From: an uncultured Thermoleophilia bacterium
Lineage (GTDB): Bacteria; Actinomycetota; Thermoleophilia; UBA2241
Length of the DNA: 64,000 nucleotides
Assembly (NCBI GenBank): GCA_963715985.1
Contig: CAVQSP010000014.1
Coordinates: 672,001-736,000, forward strand
Reading direction: 5' to 3'
Shown here: piece by piece, positions 62,090 to 64,000 of the stretch
Position numbering within the stretch: the first letter of the stretch is position 1
Layout of the letters: the number at the start of each line of letters is the position of its first letter
Translations under genes and position numbers: made by a program
The notes under the pieces: generated by a model
What the model saw: only the letters and a program-made list of their open reading frames with translations
What the model was told of the DNA's origin: nothing
The model's database searches: none

Positions 62090-63307
62090 CTACTCGCGGT
62101 GTTCGTTGACGGTGAAGCCCTCGGCGGCGAGGTAGTCGTCGCGGCGCGCGTGGACGAGGTCCTGGGCCACCATGTCGCGGACCAGGTCCGCGAACGGGAT
62201 GGTGGCCGACCAGCCGAGACGCTCGCGCGCCTTGCTCGGGTCGCCGAGCAGTGTCTGCACTTCTGTGGGACGGTAGTAGCGCGGGTCGACGGCCACGATC
62301 GCCGCGCCCGGCCGCAAGGCATCCTCGCCGGCAGCCGGCCGCAGCCAGCCGGCGCCGGGGGCAGACCGGTCGCCCTGGCGGCGATCGCCGGTCGTTGGGT
62401 CGTAGCCCAGGCGAGCCTCGGACAGACGGGCGTCGTCGACCTCATCCACGACGCCCGTCTCCTCCGCCCCACTCCCCTCCCAGCGCAGGGTCACGCCGAT
62501 CTCGGCGAACGCCAGTTCCACGAACTCGCGCACGCTGTGCTGCTCGCCGGTGGCGATGACGTAGTCGCCGGGCTCGTCCTGCTGGAGCATGAGGTGCATG
62601 GCGCGCACGTAGTCCCTGGCGTGGCCCCAGTCGCGCAAGGAGCTCAAGTTGCCGAGCCAGAGACGCGACTCCAGACCCAGGGCGATGCGTGCCACCGCGC
62701 GCGTGATCTTGCGCGTGACGAAGGTCTCACCGCGGATGGGGCTCTCGTGGTTGAAGAGGATGCCGTTGCTGGCGTGGAGGCCGTAGGCCTCGCGGTAGTT
62801 CACGGTGATCCAGTAGCCGTACAGCTTGGCGGCGCCGTACGGACTGCGCGGGTAGAACGGCGTGGTCTCGCGCTGGGGGACCTCTTGCACGAGGCCGAAC
62901 ATCTCGCTGGTGGAGGCCTGGTAGAAGCGCACGCTGTCGCCGAGCCCGAGGATGCGGATGGCCTCGAGCAGGCGCAGAGTGCCGAGCGCGTCGCTGTTGG
63001 CCGTGTACTCGGGCGTCTCGAAGCTCACCTGCACGTGGCTCTGGGCGGCGAGGTTGTAGAGCTCGTCGGGCTGAGTCTCCTGGACGATGCGGATGAGGTT
63101 GGTGGCGTCCGTGAGGTCGCCGTAGTGCATGAAGAAGCGACCGCCCGGCAGGTGCGGGTCCTTGTAGAGGTGGTCCACCCGCTCGGTGTTGAAGGAGCTG
63201 GCGCGACGCTTGATGCCGTGCACCAGATAGCCCTGCGCCAGCAGGTGCTCGGCGAGGTACGCGCCGTCCTGGCCGGTGACGCCTGTGATCAGCGCGGTCT
63301 TCGTCAT
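62090..63307 (-). CDS. gmd: GDP-mannose 4,6-dehydratase
   Basis: [41 protein letters not shown]; ends in TAG. Confidence 0.97.
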   Translation of the reverse strand: MTKTALITGVTGQDGAYLAEHLLAQGYLVHGIKRRASSFNTERVDHLYKDPHLPGGRFFMHYGDLTDATNLIRIVQETQPDELYNLAAQSHVQVSFETPEYTANSDALGTLRLLEAIRILGLGDSVRFYQASTSEMFGLVQEVPQRETTPFYPRSPYGAAKLYGYWITVNYREAYGLHASNGILFNHESPIRGETFVTRKITRAVARIALGLESRLWLGNLSSLRDWGHARDYVRAMHLMLQQDEPGDYVIATGEQHSVREFVELAFAEIGVTLRWEGSGAEETGVVDEVDDARLSEARLGYDPTTGDRRQGDRSAPGAGWLRPAAGEDALRPGAAIVAVDPRYYRPTEVQTLLGDPSKARERLGWSATIPFADLVRDMVAQDLVHARRDDYLAAEGFTVNEHRE

Positions 63308-64000
63308 CGCCCCTCCCGGTTCTCCAGGAACCACTCGTACGCCAGACGGATGCCCTCCTCAAGCCCGACCTTCGGTGCCCAGCCCAGAGCACGCAGGCGG
63401 CTCACGTCCATGAGCTTGCGCGGCGTGCCGTCCGGCCTGGTGTGGTCCCACTCGACGGGGCCGTCGTAGCCAACCACGCGTTGCACGATGCCGGCCACCT
63501 CGCGGATGGTGAGATCCTCGCCGCAGCCCACGTTGAGCAGCCCGTCGGGCACGTCGGCGGCGCGGACGTTCTGCAGGCAGAACACGATCGCCCGGCCGAC
63601 GTCGTCCACGTACAGGAACTCGCGTTTGGGGCTGCCGGTGCCCCAGAGACGCACCGGCCGGGCCGGCTCGCGCCCGCCGGCCCCCTCTGGTGCGTGACGG
63701 CCGGCCTCTCCCCCGCTCCGCTGCGCCGCGACCTTGCCCTCGTGGAACTTGCGGATGAGGGCCGGAAGCACGTGGCTGGTCTGGAGGTCGTAGTTGTCGC
63801 CCGGCCCGTACAGGTTGGTGGGCATCAGCGAGAGGTAGTCGGTGCCGTACTCGCGGTTGAGGCTGCGGCACAACTCGATGCCGGCGATCTTGGCGATGGC
63901 GTAGGGCCGGTTTGTCTCTTCCAGCGGCCCGGTGAGCAGGTACTCCTCGCGCAGCGGCTGGGGCGCCTCGCGCGGGTAGATGCACGAGCTGCCCAGGAAG
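63304..64000 (-). CDS. fcl: GDP-L-fucose synthase (5' end outside window)
   Basis: [41 protein letters not shown]. Confidence 0.95.
   Translation of the reverse strand, partial: FLGSSCIYPREAPQPLREEYLLTGPLEETNRPYAIAKIAGIELCRSLNREYGTDYLSLMPTNLYGPGDNYDLQTSHVLPALIRKFHEGKVAAQRSGGEAGRHAPEGAGGREPARPVRLWGTGSPKREFLYVDDVGRAIVFCLQNVRAADVPDGLLNVGCGEDLTIREVAGIVQRVVGYDGPVEWDHTRPDGTPRKLMDVSRLRALGWAPKVGLEEGIRLAYEWFLENREGR

Overview
High-GC bacterial chromosome segment. It is probably from a deep-branching actinobacterium such as Thermoleophilia, inferred from a single-motif RsiG-like gene, an FHA/MerR pair, rny and dapL. The housekeeping backbone is rimO-pgsA-cinA-thpR-recA-recX ... 6S-like RNA-rny-miaB-AmmeMemoRadiSam B/A-miaA-dapF-dapL-hflX-dut-NUDIX, then apt, mglBA, manC/manB, tRNA-Pro, proS, gmd and fcl. 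A ~27.7 kb methylamine island sits between recX and the 6S-like RNA/rny. It encodes all three pyrrolysine (Pyl)-type methylamine methyltransferase families: mtmB (two copies), mtbB and mttB. Each is split in the ORF track by an in-frame amber (TAG) codon at the known Pyl position and is followed by its corrinoid protein. The island also has three APC permeases, small membrane proteins and a two-component system. Around the amber codons there appears to be a cis-acting layer. All four Pyl codons sit in a GG(C/G)-TTG-TAG context, and each is followed by a stem-loop and a patch of A/T-ending codons. Short leader ORFs with in-frame TAG codons precede mttB and both mtmB copies; the mttB leader ends in an ATGA overlap with mttB. 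This suggests a possibly undescribed Pyl-sensing translational control. TAG is still an ordinary stop in several housekeeping genes. No pylTSBCD, RamA-type activator or MT2 methyltransferase was seen in the window. Six genes carry single-base frameshifts, most likely assembly errors. All gene calls come from motif recognition, not database searches.
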